The translations under genes and the position numbers were made by a program. DNA of 61,718 nt, the filler included. It is 7 parts of 7 records of this genome, joined end to end, with 100 filler letters (N's around TTAATTAATTAA, not from the genome) between each part and the next. Parts side by side here need not be neighbours in the genome. Positions count along the whole stretch, not along the records: positions 10,364 to 17,235 come from SRR31156797_5297; positions 17,336 to 26,257 come from SRR31156797_5305; 5 more parts are not named here. The stretch is one strand, 5' to 3'. Below, in pieces: positions 10,364 to 19,809 of the stretch (within the stretch, counting starts at the first letter, position 1; each line of letters begins with the position of its first letter). Under the pieces are notes generated by a model, which saw nothing but the letters and a program-made list of their open reading frames with translations, did no database searches and was not told the DNA's origin.

Positions 10364-11132
10364 GGTGGTGGTGGATGTTGAGCACGAAGAAAATGTTATT
10401 CGCCAATATTTTTACGAGTCCGAGTCGGATTTGAAGTCCGTTGTTGCGGCTCAGATTTTAGAGGCATATAAGCCTGCATCGGCACTGATTTTTTGCAACA
10501 CCAAGCTGCAGTGCAAATCTCTTTCAACCTTCCTTGGGTCAAAAGGGTTTTCATCCCTGGCCATTCACGGTGACCTTGAGCAGAAGGAGCGCACCGAAAT
10601 ACTGGTGCGGTTTTCAAACGGCAGCACCCCCATTCTGGTTGCCACAGACGTCGCAGCCAGGGGCCTTGATATTTCGGGGCTCAGCGCGGTGATCAATTTT
10701 GACCTCCCTTTTGAGCCGGAGGTGTACATCCATCGCATCGGCAGGACAGGGAGGGCTGGCAAAGAGGGGATGGCTTTTTCCCTGATGACGGCCCAAGAGC
10801 GCTTCAGGCTGGAAGAAATAAATACCCTGATGGGTACTTCTTTTGAGGTGTCAGATATCGAAGCGCTTGAGCCATCAGCAGAAGAGAGAACAACTCCTCC
10901 CATGGTGACCTTCTCTATCAACGGTGGACGAAAGACTAAGCTTCGGCCTGGAGATATCCTGGGCGCACTGACCAAGGATGCTGGAATCGCCGGGGGGTGC
11001 GTGGGTAAGATCAACTGCTTTGAGTTTTATTCTTATGTTGCCATCGAGCGCACCATGGCCGATAAAGCCGAAAAAGCGCTCTCCAAAAACAAGATCAAAG
11101 GGCGGCACTTTATTGTTCGCAGACATGAGTAG
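10364..11132 (+). CDS. dbpA: ATP-dependent RNA helicase DbpA, C-terminal part
   Basis: IFCNTK, HGDLEQ, LVATDVAARGLDI, YIHRIGRTGRAG and DbpA RNA-binding domain GGRKTKLRPGDILGALT. Confidence 0.92.
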
Positions 11133-11162
11133 TGGAGATTGATCATTACCCGAAATTGGTAG

Positions 11163-11370
11163 ATGCTGAGAACAGCGGTAAAATTGTTAGGTACTGAGTT
11201 AGAGTCTCACGGCCTCAGGTGCCATGCAGCTACATGCACCAAGGCCTGGGGCTCCCGTAAAATTTGTCAGCAAGGTCATACAGCGCCTACCGATTTTTCA
11301 AGGACTCAGCGATACCTCGCGAAGGTGAACGATACGGAAGCAATAAGATGGACAGAAACGTTGAACGGGG
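11163..11370 (+). pseudogene. Degenerate C-terminal fragment of a tyrosine recombinase/integrase
   Basis: SHGLRCHAAT (HxLRH-like), VSKVI in another frame, then TQRYLAKVNDTEAIRW (catalytic Tyr region); frameshifted and lacking the N-terminus. Confidence 0.65.
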
Positions 11371-11531
11371 AGGGTTTTCCCCTACTACTTCTGTACTATA
11401 TTCATTAAAAACCAAATGGTATTAATGTGAGAAGAAGGAACGAATATTTCCTCTCATAAGGTGATAGAGTGAAAACATGCCGCTTAATCACCCAATCAAG
11501 CTCCGTTAATAGCCGCCTTGGAGGTTCAAAG

Positions 11532-12041
11532 GTGTATTTATACTCTTTGCGTAAGCTCAAGGATTTAGAGGTAGCTCAGGGACTCTCACTTCTTCATGCA
11601 AATTTGCAATGGCTTGAAGAACGGGGGATTCATCAGTGGTCTGGTGACTTAATTAAGCGAGCTTATCCCGAGTATCAAATGATGGGGGAAAATTTTGCGT
11701 TCGAGCGTGATAATCAAATTGTTGCAGTACTGTCAATACATAAAAAAGCCCCTGCTTATTGGCAAGGAGTCTTGAGTTCATCTGATTATAGGTTCTTATC
11801 CAAACTTGCGGTTGATGTCAGGCTTCGTGGGCAGAGTCTCGGACGGCGAGCAGTACAAGCTGTACAGCAATTATTGCTAGATGAAAAAGTACAGGAATTG
11901 TTTCTAGAAGTTCCACATGAAGAGGGGTTCTTAGTTCAATATTACAAAAAGCTCGACTTTGTCGTAGTTGACCGAACTGACCTAGTACTTGAGAGTGGTA
12001 TTTACGATATGATCCTAATGAAATGTACTTTAGGACAGTGA
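11532..12041 (+). CDS. GNAT-family N-acetyltransferase
   Basis: LSKLAVDVRLRGQSLGR acetyl-CoA motif A, LVQYYKKLDF motif B; GTG start after GGAGG. Confidence 0.8.
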   Translation: MYLYSLRKLKDLEVAQGLSLLHANLQWLEERGIHQWSGDLIKRAYPEYQMMGENFAFERDNQIVAVLSIHKKAPAYWQGVLSSSDYRFLSKLAVDVRLRGQSLGRRAVQAVQQLLLDEKVQELFLEVPHEEGFLVQYYKKLDFVVVDRTDLVLESGIYDMILMKCTLGQ

Positions 12042-12304
12042 CAACGTTCCAATGCGTTAATACCGTCATGCCGAATGCCACAACTTACGGTTAACTCAGA
12101 CGGTTACAACACCGGTCATTTGTCGCCTATTTCGATAAAAAGATCGCTTTCCAACTTCTAATTTCTTTTCTCCCTAAAGAGCACAGGAAGGAAAAAACTC
12201 GAAGAGAAATTGAGAGAACACTGAGATGTTTTATAACTGTAAAAGTCCCTTGAGGAAAACAGTTGAAAAGTAGTGTTTAATTTTTCTCGACTGCTTCACA
12301 CCTG

Positions 12305-13084
12305 TTAGGATTTGTGACTTAAGACATGTTGCAGAAACTGACTAGTTCTGTCCCACCTGGGATTAGCGAGAACCTGTTCAGGTGGGCCGACTTCGACAAT
12401 CTCTCCTTCGGTCATGAATATCACCCGGTCGGCGACCTCCTGGGCGAACTGCATCTCATGGGTTACGCACAGCATAGTCATTCCTGAACCGGCCAGATCA
12501 ACCATTACATCCATAACTTCTTTGATCATCTCGGGATCAAGGGCCGATGTTGGTTCATCAAAGAGCATAATTTTGGGCTGCATCGCCAACGAACGTGCAA
12601 TGGCAACCCGCTGCTGCTGCCCGCCCGAAATCTGTCCCGGATACTTATGGGCCAAGTCGGCAATACCAATACGCTCCAGCAGTATCATAGACTCTTCAAC
12701 AGCCCTTGCTTCCGGTAAATTACGCAGCCATATAGGTCCCAGGGTACAGTTTTTTATAATGGTTAGATGGGGGAAAAGGTTAAAATTCTGAAACAGCATT
12801 CCAATATTATCCCGGATAATACCGGCAGCCGCCTTGCCATTCTCCAGCGACTCCCCAAAGATCGAGATGCTCCCCTCCTGATAACTTTCCAGATGATTGA
12901 TACATCTGATAAAGGTCGACTTGCCTGAACCGGATGGCCCACAGATGACGATGATCTCCTTTTCGGCTACACGCAAAGATATATCCTTAAGAACATGAAA
13001 CTCATCAAACCATTTGTTAAGCCCGGCAACCTCTACTGCAGGCACGCTGGGGCCACTATTTTCTGTTTGATTCGAATGTGTCAT
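12305..13084 (-). CDS. aapP: Polar amino-acid ABC transporter ATP-binding subunit (AapP-like)
   Basis: [34 protein letters not shown]; operon context. Confidence 0.9.
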   Translation of the reverse strand: MTHSNQTENSGPSVPAVEVAGLNKWFDEFHVLKDISLRVAEKEIIVICGPSGSGKSTFIRCINHLESYQEGSISIFGESLENGKAAAGIIRDNIGMLFQNFNLFPHLTIIKNCTLGPIWLRNLPEARAVEESMILLERIGIADLAHKYPGQISGGQQQRVAIARSLAMQPKIMLFDEPTSALDPEMIKEVMDVMVDLAGSGMTMLCVTHEMQFAQEVADRVIFMTEGEIVEVGPPEQVLANPRWDRTSQFLQHVLSHKS

Positions 13085-14427
13085 CAGCGGCTTCTATTAA
13101 GCTTTTTTTCCAGGTGTTGGCTGTATTGGGACATCCCATAACAAAAGATAAAGAACAGAAAAGAAATGGCAACTAACGGCTCACTGTGCAACCCAAACCA
13201 GTTCTTGTCAATGGCGATATTTCTGGCCATGAGCATGATGTCAAACAGCCCGATAATCGAAACCAGGGTCGTGTCCTTAAACAGGCTGATAAAGGAGGTT
13301 ACAATATTGGGGATCATTGCCCGCAGAGCCTGGGGTAAAATTATTAAAAACATGGTGGGCCAGTATCCCATCCCTATTGATTTTGCGGCGTCAAACTGCC
13401 CTTTGGGTATAGACTGCAACCCACCTCGTACCGTTTCAGCCATATAGGCACCGGAAAAAATACAAACTGCGATGATAACCTGTGCCAGCTTATTGAGATC
13501 CATGGTATTGGGAAAAAACAGCGGCATCATCGTAACCGACATAAAGAGTACGGTTATCATCGGGACCGAACGAACGAGTTCAATGGTTGCAACGGAAAAC
13601 CATTTGACAACAGGCATATCCGAACGCCTCCCAAGCGCCAGGAAAATGCCGATTGGCAGAGCCATTACAATGGAAAAGCCCGAAATGATCAAGGTAAGAA
13701 ACAAGCCGCCCCATAACTCGATATCAACATGCTCTAATTCAAACCCCTTCAGATACAAAGCTGTCGGCAACATGACACCGGTTAGGATGAAAACAAAGGA
13801 GGCCGTGCCCGCTCTTTTGCCAAACAGCGGCTCAAACCACGACTCCATCAAATGCCACAGTTTTCTTTTCCCAAGATAGAGCATCAGGGTATCCATATAG
13901 ACCACTGCCAGGTAGGCCAATGCCGTACAGGTCAACAGGTAATGAATTACCCCTCGAGTGCCGCCAAGAAACAGGTAGGAGGCTGCAAAGGGATACAAAA
14001 CTATCCCCATGACACCTACAAGCAATTTCCCTTTGACCTTTTTTAGTGTTAATGGAAGAATCCACAGCAGGCCGATACCGAAACCGAGGTTGACCCGCCA
14101 CTGTAACGCATCTGGATAACGACCATAAATCAAGGTGTCGAACCAACGGATAACCCCGGCCCAGCAAGCACCGTCGGGGCTGATCGCCAAGCACTCCCTA
14201 CGATTTGCCGCCGTCCATACTGCGTTGATAACAGCCCAATCAACAAACGGTTTGATGAGGAGATAGAGCAGAGTAAAAACGGTGATGGTCAACAGGGTAT
14301 TCCAGAAGCCGTCGAAAAAATTTTTCTTCAGCCACCCGAACACACCATGACTTGTAACCACGGGTGGCCGACTCGGCCGTGGAATAAACTTGCGCAATTG
14401 GGTAGCCTGGGGAGTATACTCTTCCAA
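13084..14427 (-). CDS. aapM: General L-amino-acid ABC permease (AapM-like)
   Basis: GACW...[36 protein letters not shown]. Confidence 0.88.
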   Translation of the reverse strand: MEEYTPQATQLRKFIPRPSRPPVVTSHGVFGWLKKNFFDGFWNTLLTITVFTLLYLLIKPFVDWAVINAVWTAANRRECLAISPDGACWAGVIRWFDTLIYGRYPDALQWRVNLGFGIGLLWILPLTLKKVKGKLLVGVMGIVLYPFAASYLFLGGTRGVIHYLLTCTALAYLAVVYMDTLMLYLGKRKLWHLMESWFEPLFGKRAGTASFVFILTGVMLPTALYLKGFELEHVDIELWGGLFLTLIISGFSIVMALPIGIFLALGRRSDMPVVKWFSVATIELVRSVPMITVLFMSVTMMPLFFPNTMDLNKLAQVIIAVCIFSGAYMAETVRGGLQSIPKGQFDAAKSIGMGYWPTMFLIILPQALRAMIPNIVTSFISLFKDTTLVSIIGLFDIMLMARNIAIDKNWFGLHSEPLVAISFLFFIFCYGMSQYSQHLEKKLNRSR

Positions 14428-14428
14428 A

Positions 14429-15625
14429 TTAGCCTTCCTGCATCTGAATGCGTTTGTTGTATTGATTCAGAAAGAACGAAATGGCAAGGCTGGTGCACAT
14501 ATAAAACGCCATTACCATCATGACGATTTCGATGGCGCGCCCGGTCTGGTTTAGTGAAGTCTGCATAAACACCGAGACTAGTTCGGGGAAGCCAATGGCC
14601 ACAGCCAAGGATGATTCTTTTACAATAGTGAGCCACAGGTTGATCAAGGGAGGAAGAATGGCTCGCGCCGCCTGTGGTATAATGATAAGGCGCAGGGTTT
14701 TCATGGGGGGGAAACCGATGGCGGCTGCGGCCTCCATCTGTCCCTTGTTTATCGCTTGAATCCCAGCTCTGACGGTCTCCCCGATAGAGGCCGAACGATA
14801 AATAGTCATTGCTGTAAAGGCTGCGGCGAGTGCGGTGGGCACAAATCCACCGCCCTGGTAGTTAAACCCCTTCAACTCAGGGATCGCCCAGCTCAGCGGT
14901 CTCCCGCTTACGACGAATATTCCCGCCACAACCATTAGGACCGCACCAAGCAAGGGCAGGTAAAGGGGCCAGCGCTCCCCCGTCTTCTTACGACACGCTT
15001 CGGCCCTGCGTCTTAACAAAACAATGACCAGCAAGGCCAGCACAGCAGCTGCTGCAGTCCACACGAACCCCGATTCCAACACCGGAAAGGGAAAATAAAA
15101 ACCTCGATTATTCAAGAAAAAAAGATCGAAAAGATCGTACCCCTTTCTTGGTGCGGGAAGGGTTGAAAAGACCACAATGAACCAGAAGACAATCTGAACC
15201 AGCAAAGGGACGTTGCGAAAAAACTCCACATACCAACGGGAAAACTGAGCGACCAATAGGTTTTTCGACAACCGCATTACCCCGACCACAAAGCCGAGCA
15301 AGGTGGAAAAAATGATAATGAGTGTAGAAAGGATTAGCGTATTGACTATCCCCACCAAGTAGACACGCCCATAGGACATGGACGGATCATAGGGAATCAA
15401 CGACCAACTGACATCGAACCCTGCTGTGGAACCGACAAAAGAGAAACCAAAAGGAAGCTCCATCTGGCGCAGGTTCGTGGAGATATTTGAGAGCAGAAAC
15501 CAGGCCGCTCCCAGAGTAAAGGCCACAACACACACCTGGATAACCCAGGAGCGAAGCGATGAATCATAGAGGAGATCTTTAAGTGTACGGCTTGATGGGT
15601 TTTGCTCATCTTGCAAATCAACCAC
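14429..15625 (-). CDS. aapQ: General L-amino-acid ABC permease (AapQ-like)
   Basis: FGFSF..TAGFD, YVEFFRNVPLLVQ, ETVRAGIQAINKGQMEAA, NQTGRAIE. Confidence 0.88.
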   Translation of the reverse strand: MVDLQDEQNPSSRTLKDLLYDSSLRSWVIQVCVVAFTLGAAWFLLSNISTNLRQMELPFGFSFVGSTAGFDVSWSLIPYDPSMSYGRVYLVGIVNTLILSTLIIIFSTLLGFVVGVMRLSKNLLVAQFSRWYVEFFRNVPLLVQIVFWFIVVFSTLPAPRKGYDLFDLFFLNNRGFYFPFPVLESGFVWTAAAAVLALLVIVLLRRRAEACRKKTGERWPLYLPLLGAVLMVVAGIFVVSGRPLSWAIPELKGFNYQGGGFVPTALAAAFTAMTIYRSASIGETVRAGIQAINKGQMEAAAAIGFPPMKTLRLIIIPQAARAILPPLINLWLTIVKESSLAVAIGFPELVSVFMQTSLNQTGRAIEIVMMVMAFYMCTSLAISFFLNQYNKRIQMQEG

Positions 15626-15668
15626 TCCCTGACATCTCCTGTGAAAATGTAGTTAAAAGGACAAAATC

Positions 15669-15704
15669 AAACCGCAATAAAGGGAGCACCCTTTATTGCG
15701 GTTT
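15669..15704 (-). terminator. Perfect 16-bp hairpin after the substrate-binding protein gene (mRNA stabiliser or partial terminator)
   Basis: AAACCGCAATAAAGGG-AGCA-CCCTTTATTGCGGTTT between aapJ and aapQ. Confidence 0.7.
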
Positions 15705-15713
15705 AAGGAAAGA

Positions 15714-16760
15714 CTAGCGGAAAGATTTGGAGTAAAGCAGTCCGCCACGTGTCCACAGTTCGTTCAAGGTTCCTCTACGCTCAAGGTTAAGCGCTGTTCC
15801 AGGACCAAGGTTTCGGTTATAAAGTTCGGCATAGTTACCTACTTGCTTGATGACCTGATATGCCCAATCGGCATTCAGCCCCAGCCCTTTATGCAGATCA
15901 CCTTCGACTCCTAGAAATCGTTTCACAACCGGATTTTTGGTTGTCGCGCGAACCTTATCGACATTTTCAGAGGTGATGCCGTGCTCTTCAGCCTCCAGCA
16001 TTGCGGCAAAGGTCCACTTGACTACATTTGCCCACGAGCTGTCATTCTGACGAACGGCAAAGGAGAGAGCTTCCTTAGAGATTGTTTCTGGAAGAACCAC
16101 GTAATCTGCAGGGTTTTCAGCAGATGACCGGGCCGACGCAAGACCGGACTTGTCATTGGTAATAGCATCGCAGTTATCGTTAAAAAAAGCAGCATTGCGT
16201 ACTGCAGAATCATCAAAAACAACAGGCTTGATATCTAGCTTGTTGGTGCGACTGTAGTCGGTGAGATTAAGTTCGGAGGAGGTACCGGTCAACACACATA
16301 CCGTTGCCCCTTTCAGTTCTTTGGCTGAAGTTATACCAAGGTCTTTGCGCACCATGAATCCCTGACCATCATAAAAATAAGTATCCAGAAAATCAAGACC
16401 CTGCGCACTGTCCCGGGAAAGCGTCCAGGTCATACCCTTGGAGAGGAGATCCCCGGCTCCGCTTTTAATGGAGGTAAAACTCTGGGCCCACTGCACGGAG
16501 TTGAATTTAACCTTGCTCGGATCTCCAAATACGGCAGCGGCAACCCCACGGCAGATGTCGATGTCCATACCCGACCACTCACCCTTTTCATCCACGGTGT
16601 AGAATCCTGGAAAAGCATTACCGATGATACAGTTAACGTACCCTCGCTTTTTCACTGTATCCAACGTTGATTCAGAAGCGGTTGCCTGGATTGGCAAAAC
16701 CAGTATCCCACAGAGTACCATTACGGCGACCAAGAGATCTTGGGTCATCTTTTTCATCAT
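15714..16760 (-). CDS. aapJ: General L-amino-acid ABC substrate-binding protein (AapJ-like)
   Basis: STLDTVKKRG, DICRGVAAAVFGD, FYDGQGFMV, LPETISKE, QVGNYAE..RNLG, LWTRGGLLY. Confidence 0.9.
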   Translation of the reverse strand: MMKKMTQDLLVAVMVLCGILVLPIQATASESTLDTVKKRGYVNCIIGNAFPGFYTVDEKGEWSGMDIDICRGVAAAVFGDPSKVKFNSVQWAQSFTSIKSGAGDLLSKGMTWTLSRDSAQGLDFLDTYFYDGQGFMVRKDLGITSAKELKGATVCVLTGTSSELNLTDYSRTNKLDIKPVVFDDSAVRNAAFFNDNCDAITNDKSGLASARSSAENPADYVVLPETISKEALSFAVRQNDSSWANVVKWTFAAMLEAEEHGITSENVDKVRATTKNPVVKRFLGVEGDLHKGLGLNADWAYQVIKQVGNYAELYNRNLGPGTALNLERRGTLNELWTRGGLLYSKSFR

Positions 16761-17093
16761 TCATCTCCCAATGAGTTTGATTTAAAGGGCGGATGTCTAT
16801 ATCCGCACAGGGTAACAATCAACGGGCATACAGCCCGGAAAGCTTCCAGACCACGCTTACAGAGTCGAGCTTCCCTGGCCTGTATGCAATAACTGCACAC
16901 CATAGATGAACTCCAGTCGACAGGGAATCCTATATCTTTGTAACAAAGTTCCTGATAAAAGAAAAGTTTCCACACTCTTCACGTGATTTTGACGACTACC
17001 CCGAACAGGGTCAGACTCATCAATATGCGCACCGGAAAATTTCTGATTTCCGGTCTGGAAACTGCGAACCCCGACAAAGGGTCAACGTCTGTT

Positions 17094-17109
17094 TGCAAAC
17101 CAAGTGCCA
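17094..17109 (-). promoter_or_regulatory. Sigma54 (-24/-12) promoter for the aap operon
   Basis: Minus strand TGGCAC-TTGGT-TTGCA is an exact match to TGGCAC-N5-TTGCW, oriented toward aapJ. Confidence 0.75.
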
Positions 17110-17235
17110 CTCTGTGCTAACTCCGGTTAAATTCGGGGTGGAATTATTTCTGTGCACAGAGTATTCGGTGTCAATCCGTGCATAACAGCCCGTCCCGTTC
17201 CTTCTTAACGAATAAGGATAGATTGTGAGAGCGCA

Positions 17236-17335
17236 NNNNNNNNNNNNNNNNNNNNNNNNNNNNNNNNNNNNNNNNNNNNTTAATTAATTAANNNNNNNNN
17301 NNNNNNNNNNNNNNNNNNNNNNNNNNNNNNNNNNN
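17236..17335. other. Artificial contig spacer
   Basis: N44-TTAATTAATTAA-N44. Confidence 0.99.
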
Positions 17336-17479
17336 TTCAACAAAACCAAAACCTTTTGAGTTTCCTGTTTCCCTGTCAAAAATAACTTTGGCAGAGGTTA
17401 CTTCTCCATATTGAGAGAAGATTTCCTGTAAGTCGTCACCAGTTGTAGATGAGCTTAACTTTGCAACAAATAAATTCAT
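17336..17479 (-). CDS. RRM (RNP-1) RNA-binding protein, 3' truncated
   Basis: MNLFVAKL (RNP2) ... DRETGNSKGFGFVE (RNP1). Confidence 0.9.
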
Positions 17480-17728
17480 AAAAAATAGAACAAATAATAA
17501 AATATAAATTAAAAATTAATTAACGAGAAGTTGTTTTCTCTATTAGAATAACCAAGTATCGAACATTTTTGTTTTCAAGGAAATTTTCGCTTCGTAAAAA
17601 ACAACATGCAGTAACTTACTTGCTTAAATAGTTTAAACATTTATGAACTTCCTAATACAAATTAACATACAATTTGGCAGAAATTCTAATTTATTTCTTC
17701 TGATTTCTTTTTAATTCGAAAGCGGCAT

Positions 17729-17755
17729 AAAAAAACCTTCCCGAAGGAAGGTTTT
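17729..17755 (-). terminator. Rho-independent terminator with UUCG loop
   Basis: AAAACCTTCC-TTCG-GGAAGGTTTTTTT on the minus strand downstream of the 17818-18537 gene. Confidence 0.8.
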
Positions 17756-17817
17756 GTAAGGTGAGAATTAGTTATAAATTTCATTTAAATAGTGTTGCAA
17801 AAATAGAAATTTAAATG

Positions 17818-18537
17818 TTATATATTAACCGGAGCTATAATTTTTTTACTTTTTAAAATATTAACTACCGATTCAACAATTTGATCGTCTTCAAGTGAAG
17901 CATAATTAAAAATAATGTCGAAATCGTTATTTTCTGCTTTTCTCCCAATTATCTTTTCAATAAATGAATCGCGTTTTACATCCATTTTGTTAATGTGTTC
18001 TGCCGCTTCAGCCTGACTGAAATCTTTAATTTGCATTATGCGATTAATACGCCATTCGGCTGGTGCTTCGAGCCTGATATTTAGTTTGTTGGGTACATTT
18101 TTTAGGATTACTCCTGCCGACCGGCCAACAATTATTTTTCGCCCTGTGGTAGCCAGTTTACACACTACTCCTTTAAAAAAATCGATTAATTTCTGATCTG
18201 AAATATCGTAAATTGTTTCATCGGAAAATGCGCGTGCTACTTCATGTAGCATGTCGAAGGCTTCTTGTTTATCAACATAATTACCGCTGTTAATTTCATC
18301 AATCATATTTTCGACAACCAATGCAAAAACCGATTTGTCAACCCAATTCCATTCTGCTTCGGTTTTGGTTTCCGACATGTAACTGTATCCGGTTAATATT
18401 TTTGAAAGTTTTATTGCAATTCGTTGTGCAGAACATCCTGCTTGTCGTGAAATGGTTACAACCGGCCCGGGAAAATCACCGGTTTCGAGATTACAACATG
18501 TAATGGTATGAAGATAATTGTTTAGAAACCTTTCCAT
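17818..18537 (-). CDS. Cytidylate kinase-like family protein
   Basis: VVTISRQAGC, IIVGRSA, IRLEAPAEWRI, D..RDSF, FDIIFN. Confidence 0.8.
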   Translation of the reverse strand: MERFLNNYLHTITCCNLETGDFPGPVVTISRQAGCSAQRIAIKLSKILTGYSYMSETKTEAEWNWVDKSVFALVVENMIDEINSGNYVDKQEAFDMLHEVARAFSDETIYDISDQKLIDFFKGVVCKLATTGRKIIVGRSAGVILKNVPNKLNIRLEAPAEWRINRIMQIKDFSQAEAAEHINKMDVKRDSFIEKIIGRKAENNDFDIIFNYASLEDDQIVESVVNILKSKKIIAPVNI

Positions 18538-18747
18538 TTTGTGGTTTTTATAGATGCACGTTTAGTTTTATTAATTTCGAAGTTACAATCAAATATCCTT
18601 TAAATGAACATTATGTGTTATACAATAGCTGTTTTTTTTAATGTTTTTGAACAACTTTTTTTAACCCGGTTTAAATTGATTATTTTTATAAAATTCTAAA
18701 GTTACCGGTTTGACGGTATCTTTAATTGTACCACTGAAACTAAAAAA

Positions 18748-19794
18748 ATGAACCGATCGATAAAAACGGCTTTGGCCTCTTTTGGATTATCTGGGCAGGC
18801 ATTTCATGGCCCCTTGTTAAAAGTAAATCCCGGATTTGAAGTAATAAAAGTATTGGAGCGTTCCAAAAATCTTTCAGCAAAAATTTTCCCTGATGCAGCA
18901 ATTGTTCGCAATTACGATGAAATTCTTAATAACACGGAAGTGGAATTGGTAGTAGTAAATACACCCGATGAACTGCATTTTGAAATGGCTAAACAGGCCA
19001 TAAAAGCCGGGAAACATGTTGTGGTTGAAAAACCAGTTGCTCAAAAAAGCAAACAGGCAGAAGAATTGCTGGAACTTGCGAAAACAAATGACGTAGTTTT
19101 TACTGTTTATCAAAACAGGAGGCTGGATAATGATTTTCTTACTGTTCAGAAAATTCTGAATGAAGGAAAATTAGGACGATTGGTTGAGTTTGAATCTCAT
19201 TTCGACAGGTACCGGACGTATATTGCACAAAATACATGGAAAGAAAAAGGCGATGAATATACCGGTGTTCTGTATAATTTGGGTTCGCATATGGTCGACC
19301 AGGCCTATGTTTTATTTGGAAAACCAAAAGCGGTAACTGCACATTTGAAAATTGTCAGAACCGGTGGGATAGTTTCCGATTATTACGATATTCGGTTGGA
19401 TTACGAAAATATGTCGGCTCTCTTAAAATGCTCATACCTGGTAATGAATCAGGGGCCACGTTATATTTTGCATGGCGAATATGGCTCGTTTTTGAAATGG
19501 GGAATCGATTCTCAGGAAGCTGCATTAAGAGCAGGAAAATTGCCGGGAACCAAGGACTGGGGGAAAGACCCGGAAAAAGATTGGGGAGTGTTATCGTATG
19601 AAAAAGAGGGTGAACAATTTAAAGAGAAAGTAGAAACGGTGGCCGGTAGTTACAGTAGTTTCTATGAAAATGTTTTTGATGCGATAAGAGATAAAAAAGA
19701 ATTGCTGGTTAAACCTGAAGAAACCATTGAGGTTTTGAAGATTCTGGAGGCCTGTCTGGAAAGTAACCGGGAAAAGAAAACAGTTTTTTTATAG
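18748..19794 (+). CDS. Gfo/Idh/MocA-family oxidoreductase (YdgJ/IolW-like)
   Basis: FGLSGQAFHGP, HVVVEKP, VYQNRRLD, FESHFDRYR, GVLYNLGSH. Confidence 0.9.
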   Translation: MNRSIKTALASFGLSGQAFHGPLLKVNPGFEVIKVLERSKNLSAKIFPDAAIVRNYDEILNNTEVELVVVNTPDELHFEMAKQAIKAGKHVVVEKPVAQKSKQAEELLELAKTNDVVFTVYQNRRLDNDFLTVQKILNEGKLGRLVEFESHFDRYRTYIAQNTWKEKGDEYTGVLYNLGSHMVDQAYVLFGKPKAVTAHLKIVRTGGIVSDYYDIRLDYENMSALLKCSYLVMNQGPRYILHGEYGSFLKWGIDSQEAALRAGKLPGTKDWGKDPEKDWGVLSYEKEGEQFKEKVETVAGSYSSFYENVFDAIRDKKELLVKPEETIEVLKILEACLESNREKKTVFL

Positions 19795-19809
19795 CTAATT
19801 TTGAAAGAA

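Noticed and set aside
12041-12110. Possible attC site after the GNAT gene
   Set aside because: No convincing RYYYAAC...GTTRRRY pairing with L boxes, and the relic integrase lacks IntI features
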